Below, one piece after another: positions 1-10,153 of a stretch of DNA of 64,000 nucleotides (the first letter of the stretch is position 1; every line of letters starts with the position of its first letter). The stretch is taken from positions 64,001 to 128,000 of IMG/VR virus record IMGVR_UViG_3300045960_000114; one strand, given 5' to 3'. The translations under genes were made by a program, and so were the position numbers. Source of the DNA: a virus. The notes under the pieces are model-generated. The model was given only the letters and a program-made list of their open reading frames with translations. It did not search any database and was not told where the DNA came from.

Positions 1-2
1 AA

Positions 3-2855
3 AACACGGCCAACTTCAAAGGGCTGGTCTACTCGAACTACCTTGATGCCGGGATCGTGCCCATGGCCAACCGGCTGACAAAGCTGGGCATCCCCAATGC
101 CGTCTTCACCGGCGAGCTGAATGACAAGCTGCGTAAGAAGGTCATCGAAGACTACAACAAGGGCGACATCAAGGTGCTGCTGGTGTCTGGTGCCGGATCG
201 GAAGGGCTGGACTTGAAGGGTACCAAGATGGTACAGGTCATGGAGCCGCATTGGAACCTGGCGCGCACCAAGCAGGTGATCGGGCGCGCCATCCGTCATC
301 AGAGCCACTCGCACCTGCCGCCGGAGGAGCGGTTTGTTACCGTCAACTGGTACCACTCGAAGCCGCAGCAATCGTTCCTGTCACGCTGGGGGCTGCTGCC
401 GCCTGATCGCGGGGTTGATCGATACCTGTACAGCCGCGCAGTCGAGAAGCAGCAGATCATCAACCAGATGCTGAGCTCGCTGAAGGAAGTAGGCGCGCAG
501 AAGCCGCAAGAGGCCGCGCCATTGACTAAGGCAGCATTTACCATACCCGACCCTTTACTGGATTACCTGGCTAGCGTTGCTGGTCTGAGAAAACTGCAGA
601 CGCTGGCCCGTAAGTACCGCGCCGGCGCGTCAGCGATCGAGCAGACGGCTGACCTGCTTACTCCCCCGCGCGAGCTGACACCGGTAAAGATGGAAGAGGA
701 GAAGGAGGCCGGCGTCAAAGCAGCGGTGGTTGATTATGCGGAAGGGCTGCCGGATCCTAAGCGTTTTGGCGACCCCCGTCAGATCCTGAAGAACAAGCTG
801 CTCGAATGGGTTGTGCAGGAACACAAGGCGCGTCGCGCGGGTCGGCACCTGGACGTGCGCTTTGGCGAGCCGGGCGGCGGGCCGTCGCTTTATTCGTGGG
901 CAACCAAGAAGGAGCTGCCTAAGCCGGGCGAGCGCCCGATCTCCCTGTTCCAGCAGCCGCTGCATCGCGGGACGTACGCCGATTTCCAGGGTACCATTCC
1001 GTCCGGATATGGCGCTGGCGAGGTCAAACAGCACGATCGCGGCAAGATCTCCGTGACGGAGGCCACGCGCGACAAGATCAAGTTTGTGACGCTCCACAAG
1101 GGTGACCCTGAATACTTCACTATGATCCGCCAGACTGGGGTACCCAAAAACCCCCAAACGGCGCGCATGCGGCGCACCCAGGGTGGTTCCTGGCTTCTGA
1201 TCAATACCACCCCGCTCAAAGCCGAGCAGGTGTTGGGCGGTCCCGCCAGCCAGGTGGGCATGAACAAGCTGAAGTTCACGTCCATTCCAGCTGAGAAGGT
1301 GGATAAGATCTTTGATCCGAACTTCCTGGTGCAGTCGAAGATCGACGGCGCGTCGCTGCTTTACCACGTCATGCAGGACAAGATCGAGGCGGTGTCTTAC
1401 CGGCAGAGCAAGGCTGGACGCCCGATCGTTCACACACAGCGTATGTTTGGGCTGGGCGGCGCGAAGCCCAAGGACCTGCCGCCTGAGCTGTCTGGAACCA
1501 TATTGCGCGGCGAGGCGTACGGCGTGCGCGACAATAAGGCCATACCGCCGCAGGAGCTGGGCGGGCTGCTTAATGCTTCGGCGTTGAAATCGCTGGGCGA
1601 GCAGGCGCGCCGGAAGATCCAGATGCGAAACATGGTCTTCGACGTGGTACGTCGGGGCAAGGAGCCGGTGCAGCCAGGTGAGCGCTGGAAAACGCTTGAG
1701 GAGGTCTCCAAGTACCTTCCCCCGAACCTGTTCCATCTGCCTGAGACAGCCACCACGCCTGACGAGGCCAAGTCACTGTGGAATCGCATCCAGAGTGGTG
1801 AACACCCCCTGACTAGCGAAGGTGTAATCGGCTGGCCGAAGGGCGACGGTCGGCCCGTCAAGGTCAAGGTCATGCCGGAGTCGGACGTGTGGGTAAAAGG
1901 TGTCTTCCCGGGTGAAGGGAAGTACAAAGGCACACATGCCGGCGGCTTCGAGTATGCTACTGCTCCTGAAGGCAGCGTGGTGGGCCGGGTTGGCACGGGT
2001 TTGTCGGACGAAGCGCGCAGAAGCCTAGCGGAAGAGCCTGAGAAGTGGGTTGACCGTATGGCGCGCATCAGGTCGCAGGGCAAGTTCCCCGGGGGTGCCC
2101 ATCGTGCGCCTTCATTCATCGCACTACACGAGGACTATCCGCAGAAGACTGCCCAGGCTGAGCCCGTGCAGGCGGGAATGACTCAGTCCAACCTGAACAA
2201 GCTCCGCGAAGCCATTGGCGCGAAAGCGCCCATACTTCGCGACCCCAAGGCTGAGCACATGGGTGTGTACGTCCACCCAGAGTCGCAGCAGTACATCAAG
2301 GGGTTGGTTGAAAAACTACCGCCCAAGACGCGCAAGACGCTGACACCGAGCTTGCGGCGCATGTTGCGTAAGTATGGCCTGATCTACGGATCCGACGTGA
2401 ATAAGCCGGCAGTAGCCGCGCATGAGATGGGTCATTCGACTGGTTCGAACGTGATGCTGCCCGTGGAGGCAGCCCAGATGAACGCCAGCCCCTTGTTTGG
2501 TGGCCTGCTGGCGAGCGGGATGGCAGCCCACACCTTGCGCAATCCGCCTATTGGATTGGGATCTTCCTTGGCGCGTGTTGGCCTGACTGGCGCGGCAGGT
2601 GCCGGCGCCGGGCTCCTGTTTCATTTACCCACCCTTTTTGAAGAGGGACGTGCCAGCCTTCGCGGCCTTAAAGCCTTGCGTGAGGCGGGTTTCTCTGATA
2701 AAGATGTTAGCGAGGCGCGTGGTGACATGTGGAATGCGTACAAGTCGTATCTTTCGCATGCTACGCTCAGGCCAGCCGCCTACGCAGCTTTAGGCACGGG
2801 TGCCGCGCTTGGCGCCACGGGCTTGAAGGCGCTCCTGAAGAAGTGGCGGAGGTAG
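3..2855 (+). CDS. 5'-truncated multidomain protein: SNF2-type helicase C-terminal domain + LigD 3'-phosphoesterase + ATP-dependent DNA ligase (NTase+OB) + HExxH Zn-peptidase-like domain
   Basis: Frame is open from base 3 (KGLVYSNYLDAG). Helicase motifs GSEGLDLKG, EPHWN, QVIGRAIR. PE motifs EHKARRAGRHLDVRF, SWA, YADFQGTIPSGYGAG. Ligase motifs KIDG, GEAY, VFDV, EGVI, VKVK, RVGTGLS. Peptidase AAHEMGH...EEGRAS. Confidence 0.85.
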   Translation, partial: NTANFKGLVYSNYLDAGIVPMANRLTKLGIPNAVFTGELNDKLRKKVIEDYNKGDIKVLLVSGAGSEGLDLKGTKMVQVMEPHWNLARTKQVIGRAIRHQSHSHLPPEERFVTVNWYHSKPQQSFLSRWGLLPPDRGVDRYLYSRAVEKQQIINQMLSSLKEVGAQKPQEAAPLTKAAFTIPDPLLDYLASVAGLRKLQTLARKYRAGASAIEQTADLLTPPRELTPVKMEEEKEAGVKAAVVDYAEGLPDPKRFGDPRQILKNKLLEWVVQEHKARRAGRHLDVRFGEPGGGPSLYSWATKKELPKPGERPISLFQQPLHRGTYADFQGTIPSGYGAGEVKQHDRGKISVTEATRDKIKFVTLHKGDPEYFTMIRQTGVPKNPQTARMRRTQGGSWLLINTTPLKAEQVLGGPASQVGMNKLKFTSIPAEKVDKIFDPNFLVQSKIDGASLLYHVMQDKIEAVSYRQSKAGRPIVHTQRMFGLGGAKPKDLPPELSGTILRGEAYGVRDNKAIPPQELGGLLNASALKSLGEQARRKIQMRNMVFDVVRRGKEPVQPGERWKTLEEVSKYLPPNLFHLPETATTPDEAKSLWNRIQSGEHPLTSEGVIGWPKGDGRPVKVKVMPESDVWVKGVFPGEGKYKGTHAGGFEYATAPEGSVVGRVGTGLSDEARRSLAEEPEKWVDRMARIRSQGKFPGGAHRAPSFIALHEDYPQKTAQAEPVQAGMTQSNLNKLREAIGAKAPILRDPKAEHMGVYVHPESQQYIKGLVEKLPPKTRKTLTPSLRRMLRKYGLIYGSDVNKPAVAAHEMGHSTGSNVMLPVEAAQMNASPLFGGLLASGMAAHTLRNPPIGLGSSLARVGLTGAAGAGAGLLFHLPTLFEEGRASLRGLKALREAGFSDKDVSEARGDMWNAYKSYLSHATLRPAAYAALGTGAALGATGLKALLKKWRR

Positions 2856-2858
2856 CCC

Positions 2859-4490
2859 ATGGCCGACATCACCATCGATAGCATTGACAAGGACCAGGCA
2901 TCAGCAGCCGAAGCGTTTCTGGTCGACTGGCTGAAGGTCAACTACCCTTCACTCGATCTGAGCGAAGGGCGCGTCCTGCGCGATATCCTGATACGCCCGG
3001 CGGCCTTGTTTTACGCGCTTAACCAGACCAACCTGCAGGTGATGAAGAACTCGATGTCGGTTGCAGCCATCGAGGGCAACGTCGAGCCTGTTGACGACAC
3101 AATAGTTGACCTGACGGTTTCGAATTTCAAGCTGACCCGGATTCCGGGCGTTGTCTCGACGGGCAAGATTGCCATCGTTCTGAGCACGCTGCGCACGACC
3201 AGCGTGCCGGTGGGAACCGTCTTCACGCTGGGTGAGCTGACATTCGTCACCGAAACATCGTTCGTTGGTGTGACGACTTCTGACGCCGTGCTCGACTCGA
3301 CGACCCAGCGGTTGATCACGCAGCGCACCGACGGCAACTACTCATTCATCATCGATGTGGTTGCTAGTACGGCGGGGTCTCAGTATGCCATCCGGCGGAA
3401 TACCACGTTTGAATCGGTGTCACCGGCCATCCCGAGCATGATCACGTCGTATGCCTCTGAAGACTTCACCACGGGGCAGGCGGAAGAGACCAATCAGGAG
3501 CTGATGGCCAGATTCCAACAGGCTATCTCACCTGCTGTTTACAGCGGTAGAACCCACATTGCTTCCAGGATGCTCGCGGCCAACGAGAACATCCGCATGC
3601 TGAGCATCATCGGCTATGGCGACGCCGAGATGCTTCGTGACCGGCACAACATCTTTGCCGTCAGCCATGGCGGCAAGGCGGACATCTACGTCAGGACGCG
3701 GGATTACCCCCAGACGATCCTGGTGAACAAGACGGCCACGCTCATTGATGCCAACACGAAGACGTTCCAGGTGACGCTCGGACGTGATGATGCGCCCGGT
3801 TTCTACACCGTTGAATCGGTGCTGCCCGCCAATGCGCCGCAGGATCAGGGGACACTTGAGGTAACGAGCGTCACCAAAGGGCTGGACCTGTCGCAGACGA
3901 CCAACGAGTTCGTGCCCGAGATCGCCACGTTGATTGAGGGAGCCTACAGCCGATACCAGACGGCGGTGATCCGTTTCGTGGATCCGACCAACGACGGAAG
4001 CAACATGTCCTACGATGTTTACGTAAACTACATGCCTGGGCTGGCTGACCTTCAGAGCGACTCTATCAACAGGGACAACCGCAATCCGCAGGCAGACTAC
4101 CTGGTACGTGCGCCGATCCCAGCCTACGCGTCGGTATCGATGCTGATACAGTACACGACCTCGGAATTGCCGAATACTGATAGCATCAAGCAGGCTGTGG
4201 CTGACGCCGTGAATGCACTGACTTTCTCGCTGGGCCAGCTACCGGCTTCCATCATCCATGACGCCGTTTACACCGTTTTGGACAAGAGGTACGCCGTCGT
4301 GGTTTCTCCGTTGGACATCTACTGCCGGATCCACAAGCCGGATGGTACAATCGTTGCCATCCGGTCGCCGAATGGAATCTCGGCACCGAGCGAGCCGGAG
4401 AATTGCGTCACATCAAGAACGACGCTGTTCTACCTGACGCCGGCAAGCGTGGACATTACGTTGCAGCGCGTGCAGACGCTGCCAGTGTAG
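2859..4490 (+). CDS. Baseplate wedge (J-like) protein
   Basis: 543 aa; GQAEETNQELMARF resembles the baseplate-J G.D.E.D..LR.R motif; starts a co-oriented structural block. Confidence 0.7.
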   Translation: MADITIDSIDKDQASAAEAFLVDWLKVNYPSLDLSEGRVLRDILIRPAALFYALNQTNLQVMKNSMSVAAIEGNVEPVDDTIVDLTVSNFKLTRIPGVVSTGKIAIVLSTLRTTSVPVGTVFTLGELTFVTETSFVGVTTSDAVLDSTTQRLITQRTDGNYSFIIDVVASTAGSQYAIRRNTTFESVSPAIPSMITSYASEDFTTGQAEETNQELMARFQQAISPAVYSGRTHIASRMLAANENIRMLSIIGYGDAEMLRDRHNIFAVSHGGKADIYVRTRDYPQTILVNKTATLIDANTKTFQVTLGRDDAPGFYTVESVLPANAPQDQGTLEVTSVTKGLDLSQTTNEFVPEIATLIEGAYSRYQTAVIRFVDPTNDGSNMSYDVYVNYMPGLADLQSDSINRDNRNPQADYLVRAPIPAYASVSMLIQYTTSELPNTDSIKQAVADAVNALTFSLGQLPASIIHDAVYTVLDKRYAVVVSPLDIYCRIHKPDGTIVAIRSPNGISAPSEPENCVTSRTTLFYLTPASVDITLQRVQTLPV

Positions 4491-4504
4491 GAGCCTAATA
4501 CCCT

Positions 4505-6118
4505 GTGAGCGTAGGCTACCCCGCTTCCGACTATGATCGCGGCTACCAGCTGCTACAGGCGCTGGGCTCGTACTGGACAAACATCTTCCAGGACAACAAC
4601 AAGCTGCGTGAGCACCTGCGCAGTACGGGCCAGATGCAGGGGCAGGTCTACCTCAACACGCTGGAAGTGACGGCCTACATCTCCAGGCTGACGGTTCCCA
4701 TCTTTCACACAGAAAACTGGCACCTGATCACCTTCAAGCGTAGCGATTCACTGAGTCTGGCCAGTATCTACAGACCGGACGACTTGCAGTACGGGCCGCA
4801 AGACGGGTCTAACCCGGAACGAGCAGCTGGCTTCATCCAGACGTACGCCGGAACCGACAATCCTGGTATCGTGGAGCTGGCGCTGCCTGATAGCATGGTG
4901 GATGCCCCGGCAACGCTTCAGAATCTGGTCATCTATCCCAGCAAGACCTGGGTTAACGGAATCGACTACGAGGTCGATAAGGTGGCCAAGCGGATCAAGT
5001 TCCGGGATGACCCATTCACCGACCCGATGGTGCCGCGAAGGGACATCTACGATTCCGTTGGTAACATCGTCGACATGGAGATCGCGCTCTGGGTGTACAG
5101 AGGCCGTTTCGACCTCAAGGACATCTATAGCCGGTTCGGACAGCAGATCGATATCGTGCTCGACTCGAGTGAGGATTACAAGAAGCTGGTCAACGCGATG
5201 TGGGATATGTTTGTGCTCGGACCGGCTGCCAGCAGCATGACTTCATACGTGGCAGCGCTGACCGGCGTACCGCTGGTTGTGGGGCCGACCGAGACGGTTG
5301 AGGTCGTGTCTGCGGACGCTTACTCCCAGTTGATGATCACCAGCACAAAAGTCTACCGCGTGCCTTTTGCCTCCACGATCACCGTGTCCGTGGGCGACAC
5401 GGTAACGGCGGGCCAGCCCATATGCGACGCTTTCAGCATCGAGGAGCTGTCGGACGCCAACCACGATTACAGCTGGCTACCGGCTGTCGGTATTACAAAG
5501 TCGCTCATCTCCGGCCCCTACATGGCTGAGCTTCAGTTCAAGAACACGGACGTGGCGCTCGAGTACCTTGGGCTGGATGGCGACGGTAAGGCGATCGTTC
5601 AGTTTGAAATAGGAGGATTCCCCGGTGACGTGGAGTTCTTCTGGGAGTTCGTGCAAGCGGCTGGAAAGCTGCCGGGTCAGAAGACGCTGGCCGAGTTGCT
5701 GGACAAGCGTACGAATCCGGTAGGGCAGCCTGGTCCACTGAATCTGCCGCTAACAATCAACCCGATGACTTTCATCCTGGATAACCTCTGCAAAAACAAT
5801 CTGTTTGTGATCCGGGTGAAGCCTGCCGCCTTCAACCCCTCGGCGCCGGGGCTGTCACTTTTCTCCAATCTCCGCAAAGTGATACCGCCACACACGACTT
5901 ACATCGTATTCGTTGACATGGAACTGCAAACTGAGGCGGTTGACTTGAGCCAGGTTGGGGACGAGAATGAGCCGGGGGCAGAGGAAGAACTTAGCCTTTT
6001 CTATGGTGCTACTGCTGCCATGGACGAGGCTACAGAGGTAGGCTCAGCTACGCCTGGCATGGCGTCTTACGGCGACGTGTCAGTTTACGCTAGGCCAATC
6101 TCGCTTACCTGTGCGTGA
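4505..6118 (+). CDS. Baseplate/tail structural protein
   Basis: 537 aa; follows the J-like gene; C-terminal LRKVIPPHTTYIVF is typical of baseplate wedge (gpI-like) proteins. Confidence 0.5.
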   Translation: MSVGYPASDYDRGYQLLQALGSYWTNIFQDNNKLREHLRSTGQMQGQVYLNTLEVTAYISRLTVPIFHTENWHLITFKRSDSLSLASIYRPDDLQYGPQDGSNPERAAGFIQTYAGTDNPGIVELALPDSMVDAPATLQNLVIYPSKTWVNGIDYEVDKVAKRIKFRDDPFTDPMVPRRDIYDSVGNIVDMEIALWVYRGRFDLKDIYSRFGQQIDIVLDSSEDYKKLVNAMWDMFVLGPAASSMTSYVAALTGVPLVVGPTETVEVVSADAYSQLMITSTKVYRVPFASTITVSVGDTVTAGQPICDAFSIEELSDANHDYSWLPAVGITKSLISGPYMAELQFKNTDVALEYLGLDGDGKAIVQFEIGGFPGDVEFFWEFVQAAGKLPGQKTLAELLDKRTNPVGQPGPLNLPLTINPMTFILDNLCKNNLFVIRVKPAAFNPSAPGLSLFSNLRKVIPPHTTYIVFVDMELQTEAVDLSQVGDENEPGAEEELSLFYGATAAMDEATEVGSATPGMASYGDVSVYARPISLTCA

Positions 6119-6126
6119 GGTGAGAT

Positions 6127-6462
6127 GTGAAGAAGAAAGCCACGTCAGTAGCCGATCATCTCCTGTCAGCGGCACCTTACGGGGTGATGTGGTACGGCAA
6201 CACGCTGGCCGCACCGTGGCCTGAAGATTTTGAGCAGATGAGCGACGCAGAGAAGAACCGCGTGCGCATGCGTCAGCTGCTGAAGGGTGCCGTGTACGGT
6301 TTGAGTGGGTACGCTGCCACCAGATTGATGTTCAGCGATGACTACAAGAAGTTGAATGAGTCCATGTCCGCAGCCTCCCGCGCGCCGAGCGAGGAGTCGA
6401 TTCTGGAGAAGGAAAGTGCGCACAGATTGATGCAGGCTGTCCGGCTGGCGGCATCAGTGTAA
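6127..6462 (+). CDS. Hypothetical protein
   Basis: Tightly packed ORF in the structural operon. Confidence 0.55.
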   Translation: MKKKATSVADHLLSAAPYGVMWYGNTLAAPWPEDFEQMSDAEKNRVRMRQLLKGAVYGLSGYAATRLMFSDDYKKLNESMSAASRAPSEESILEKESAHRLMQAVRLAASV

Positions 6463-6472
6463 GGATGGAACC

Positions 6473-7096
6473 ATGCCCACCGCAAAAGCGATAAGGCGGT
6501 TGAAAAATCAGTTGGACTTCTATCCCATGGATACCAACGCCAAGGGATTGGTTCGGATCTTCTCGTTCGACCCTAAGACGGGCAAGATCAAGTCCATAAT
6601 CGAGAAGCAGAACCTGATCCTTTACAGCGGCGCCGACGTCATGGCGAAGTGTCTGTCGGGCAACAGCAACTACGCCATCAGCTCGATGTTCATGGAGTTC
6701 AAGAACCTTCCCAGCCCATCCGATTCGATCACACCGCCAGCGTTCGACCGGACCGGTGGCATCGGTTACTACAGCGGGCTGTCATCGTCGCTCGACACGG
6801 ATTACGTGCGCGTTCCGCTGGTGTCGATGCCTGATTTCGATACCAGCGACGCGCTCTACTACAACTTCAACCAGGCCACGTACTTTGCCATCAGCGAGGG
6901 TTCCACCGGCGTCCACGGGAAGACCTTCGGCCCCGGCACGAACTCCGCTGTGTACGGAGCGGCACTCGTGGCGACGCCGGAGCCCGCCCAGCCGGCGCAG
7001 GACGTGGTCTTCTCCCGTGTGTACTCCGGTGTGGGCAAGATCCTGAAAGAAGCGGGCTTCGAGATCGGGATCACCTGGACGATAAGGATGAACTAA
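6473..7096 (+). CDS. Tail-collar/baseplate-type structural protein
   Basis: NLILYSGADVMAKCLSG...ITWTI pattern seen in myophage baseplate/collar proteins; SD AAGGA-TGGA upstream. Confidence 0.5.
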   Translation: MPTAKAIRRLKNQLDFYPMDTNAKGLVRIFSFDPKTGKIKSIIEKQNLILYSGADVMAKCLSGNSNYAISSMFMEFKNLPSPSDSITPPAFDRTGGIGYYSGLSSSLDTDYVRVPLVSMPDFDTSDALYYNFNQATYFAISEGSTGVHGKTFGPGTNSAVYGAALVATPEPAQPAQDVVFSRVYSGVGKILKEAGFEIGITWTIRMN

Positions 7097-7097
7097 C

Positions 7098-7343
7098 ATG
7101 ACCCAGGCGCATGAGTACCTGATCAAGGCGGCCATGACCAAGACGGCCTTGTTCAACATCAACCTGATGATCCCGAAGCCGATGGCGGCAGCCATGATGG
7201 TCGGCATGGAACCTCAGCGCGAACCACCGTCGAAGTCGGATAACGAGCTTGAAAACTACGTCGAAATGCCCGTCTTCGAGCCGTTGGCCTCCCTGCGGCG
7301 AAAGAGACAGAGTCATCGGCGTGTTCTTCGTGCCGGAGGGTAA
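7098..7343 (+). CDS. Small hypothetical protein with K-x-A motifs
   Basis: Fills the gap between flanking genes; LIKAAMTKTALF. Confidence 0.5.
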   Translation: MTQAHEYLIKAAMTKTALFNINLMIPKPMAAAMMVGMEPQREPPSKSDNELENYVEMPVFEPLASLRRKRQSHRRVLRAGG

Positions 7344-7346
7344 ACA

Positions 7347-9206
7347 GTGTCTTCAATCACCCCGTGGCTCAGCAGAGTGAATCCTGTCGTCGATGGCGAA
7401 CAGGTCAAGGCTGACGTCACTAACAGATACCCGGCGCAGATCGGGCAGCGGACTGATAACCTCAAGCAGCGGTTGGACGATCTGCAGGCCAGCAAGGCGC
7501 TGTTCCTGAGAGACGTGGCGCTGGACCCGGCGGTTCTGGTGGGCTACGCCGTTTACTGGGACGCGTTGACCCTGAGCTACAGACCAGCGATCGCCAAGGT
7601 GGAGTACAGCGCAACGCTGGGTGGCTATGTGGTGGCTAATTCCAGCTACGTGGTTGGCATCTGCATTGCCAAGAGCACAGCGACTGTTGGCGATCTCGTA
7701 CAGATCGGCTTCGTCGGCGATTTCGACTTCACGAATGGCATTGGTTCGCCCGGCACGACGCCCGCAGAAGCCGGCCCGTATTACCTCTCCGGAACGCACG
7801 CGGGAATGTACACGCGGCAGAAACCGCCGGTTGGGGTGTACGTGGCATACCTGCGCGGCGACGGAAGTGCGCAGGTCAACCCCACTCCGCGTGACATTCT
7901 GGAAAGCCACATCCACTACAAGTACAACCTCTTCTCCAACCCGGCTGGCACGCTTGCAGCCACGTTGCCTGGGCAGCCTTACCAGTTCGCCTCGGTCAAC
8001 AACGCGCTGCCCGGCTGGTTGCCCGCGAGCGATGTAATTTTCGGTGGTGCTGCACCGGCAGGTGCAGTGTTTGGGTACAATCTGTCGCAGCACCTGGAAC
8101 TGGAGAGAGTTTGGCCTCCGCAGCCGTACGATCTGGTCTACATCGAGAAGAATGGCTACCCGGTCAACAGCGGGCTGTTCCTGGCCGATGCGAATGGCCT
8201 GTGGTGGTTCGAGAACTGCTATGGGAAGGCGCCGTGGGCCACCCAGGCGAACAACGTGCAGTCGTCCTCATCCTCCTCGTCCTCTTCGTCTTCGTCTTCG
8301 TCCAGTTTCACGTGCGAAGAGCTGTCCCTGCTGGAAAGTGAAGGATACCTACGCAGCGCGCCGGACGCCTCCGTGATGGCCATCTTCTTTACCAAGATGA
8401 TCTTCAAGTCGTCGCTGCTCGTGACGTCGCTTCAGCCGGTAGCCGGCTCGCCGATCGAGATCGTTGGCTGTGATGGGCTGCCGGCGACGCATGGCGACCT
8501 GAAGGTGGGGTTAAACCTGGCGATGACCACCCAGGATGGCGATTACTCGCCTTATGGGTTGAAGGGCGTCACCGGAACCACATTCGGCAAGGGGCCGATT
8601 CTTACGGGTGTGAAGCCGGGAAGTAATGTGAGCATCGTGCCGGTGCCTAATCGCGGTTTCCTGGGCACTGATGGGGTGTATCGCGGCGAGTTTACCATAA
8701 GTGCCAACCTCACGGAAAACCTCCTGGGAGGCACACCGGAACTCGTTGCATTGGATGGTGTGCGCCAGCAGTCGACTGATGGCATCTTCTACCTGATCTT
8801 CCCGAAGAGCCTGACCACGTCCATGCAGATGCGCGTGGGTATCCCAACCGGTGGCGTGCCGGAGGATGCCTATCTGCGGCTCTGGTTCTGGCTGCTGTCC
8901 AAGCGCAACAGTCTGCCGCTGCCTGATCTGTACTGCTCGTACCGGAAACTGGCTACACCCGGTTCTGGATGCGGAAAGGGGTCGCTACCAGACGCTGACA
9001 TCGGTTTAAGTCCTCTGGCTCCAGGTGTTTGCGGGAACATCAATTCTGGCGAGTACATCGAGATCGAGTCGGATCCGATTCCGGTGGTCAATGGCGACAT
9101 GGTCTTCTTCACGCTGCAGCGAGTTGACAGTGGTACAACCCCGGACGCTTACGACGGCGATGTCGGCGTGCTGCGGTTCGGGTACGGAATCAGCTTGGTG
9201 AGCTAA
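7347..9206 (+). CDS. Structural (tail/baseplate) protein with 15-Ser tract
   Basis: 619 aa, SD GGAGG; poly-Ser at 8262-8306. Confidence 0.6.
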   Translation: MSSITPWLSRVNPVVDGEQVKADVTNRYPAQIGQRTDNLKQRLDDLQASKALFLRDVALDPAVLVGYAVYWDALTLSYRPAIAKVEYSATLGGYVVANSSYVVGICIAKSTATVGDLVQIGFVGDFDFTNGIGSPGTTPAEAGPYYLSGTHAGMYTRQKPPVGVYVAYLRGDGSAQVNPTPRDILESHIHYKYNLFSNPAGTLAATLPGQPYQFASVNNALPGWLPASDVIFGGAAPAGAVFGYNLSQHLELERVWPPQPYDLVYIEKNGYPVNSGLFLADANGLWWFENCYGKAPWATQANNVQSSSSSSSSSSSSSSSFTCEELSLLESEGYLRSAPDASVMAIFFTKMIFKSSLLVTSLQPVAGSPIEIVGCDGLPATHGDLKVGLNLAMTTQDGDYSPYGLKGVTGTTFGKGPILTGVKPGSNVSIVPVPNRGFLGTDGVYRGEFTISANLTENLLGGTPELVALDGVRQQSTDGIFYLIFPKSLTTSMQMRVGIPTGGVPEDAYLRLWFWLLSKRNSLPLPDLYCSYRKLATPGSGCGKGSLPDADIGLSPLAPGVCGNINSGEYIEIESDPIPVVNGDMVFFTLQRVDSGTTPDAYDGDVGVLRFGYGISLVS

Positions 9207-9216
9207 GAGGTAGGGC

Positions 9217-10152
9217 ATGACGACAGCTGCGCAGGGTATCTGGGATATCGAGTGGCTTAACGGCAACTCGCAGCGCAAGTATCCCCTGAGGGATGACGCC
9301 ACCAAGACAGATACGACCGAGGCTATGGTCATCCCAGATGACTTCATGGTCGACCTGCTTTGGCCAGTCCAGTCAGGTATTGGGGCTGACCCTACACTGT
9401 TTCACGTCTACGCCATCGACATCTTTGGTACCGGCGTGAAGATCACGCTGGGCTACAACGGTTCGCCCATTGGGGAGACCCTGATAGACACGGAGACGTT
9501 CACGCCAAACCGCGCTTATGTTATCAGCGGACTGAATGACTTTGAGGACAGCATCGGCAAGGTGGTCATCGGCACGCTGAGCAGCATACAAACGTATGCC
9601 GGTCATTTTGAGTTTGATTCAGTAGGTGCTGGTCTGCAGCCGACGGTGATCAGACCGAACCTTCGCGGTGTCAGTGCCATCTTCCTTCAGAATGGGCAGG
9701 ATGTAAGCGACGCCATACAGGGTGACGTGGTATTCGAGGCGGGCAGTAATTTTCAGCTGAACTTCCAACGGCGCAGCGGCACTAAAGCTGACCCGCATGT
9801 CATCGTCCTGAGTGCCATTGACGGAACAAACCTGAATGCTGATTGCCAGTGCGATCCGCAGGAGACGCGTCAGCCGATCTTGACCATTGATGGCATACCG
9901 GGCGACGTCAACAACAACTTCAACCTGCTTGGCTCGACCTGCGTAGAGATGACCCCGATAACCAACGGGTTGAAGATAGAAAATCCATGTTCGGAACCCT
10001 GCTGTGGCTGCCAGGAACTGGAAGTGGTACAACAGGCTACGGAGACGTTGACAGGACAAGTCCACACGCTGATCAACCTGGCGGCAAAGCTGGAAGCAGC
10101 AATTGGGACGTTGGAGTCAAACCTGGCCACCGCAGGCGCGATAACGAGATGA
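9217..10152 (+). CDS. Cys-rich tail-associated protein, paralog 1
   Basis: EWLNGNSQRKYPL N-motif; ILTIDGIPGDVNNNF; PCSEPCCGC; C-terminal coiled coil. Confidence 0.6.
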   Translation: MTTAAQGIWDIEWLNGNSQRKYPLRDDATKTDTTEAMVIPDDFMVDLLWPVQSGIGADPTLFHVYAIDIFGTGVKITLGYNGSPIGETLIDTETFTPNRAYVISGLNDFEDSIGKVVIGTLSSIQTYAGHFEFDSVGAGLQPTVIRPNLRGVSAIFLQNGQDVSDAIQGDVVFEAGSNFQLNFQRRSGTKADPHVIVLSAIDGTNLNADCQCDPQETRQPILTIDGIPGDVNNNFNLLGSTCVEMTPITNGLKIENPCSEPCCGCQELEVVQQATETLTGQVHTLINLAAKLEAAIGTLESNLATAGAITR

Positions 10153-10153
10153 C

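Noticed and set aside
630-2119. Long antisense ORFs (630-1736, 1430-2119) and many similar ones, e.g. 7353-8093, 23276-24016, 35081-35911, 45808-46632, 50375-51259, 54253-55098
   Set aside because: Shadow frames of GC-rich, motif-bearing genes on the opposite strand or frame; no SD or recognisable motifs.
8262-8306. Poly-Ser DNA as a microsatellite or phase-variation tract
   Set aside because: Codons are mixed (TCG/TCC/TCA/TCT/AGT), so it is not a simple nucleotide repeat; kept as a protein-level feature.
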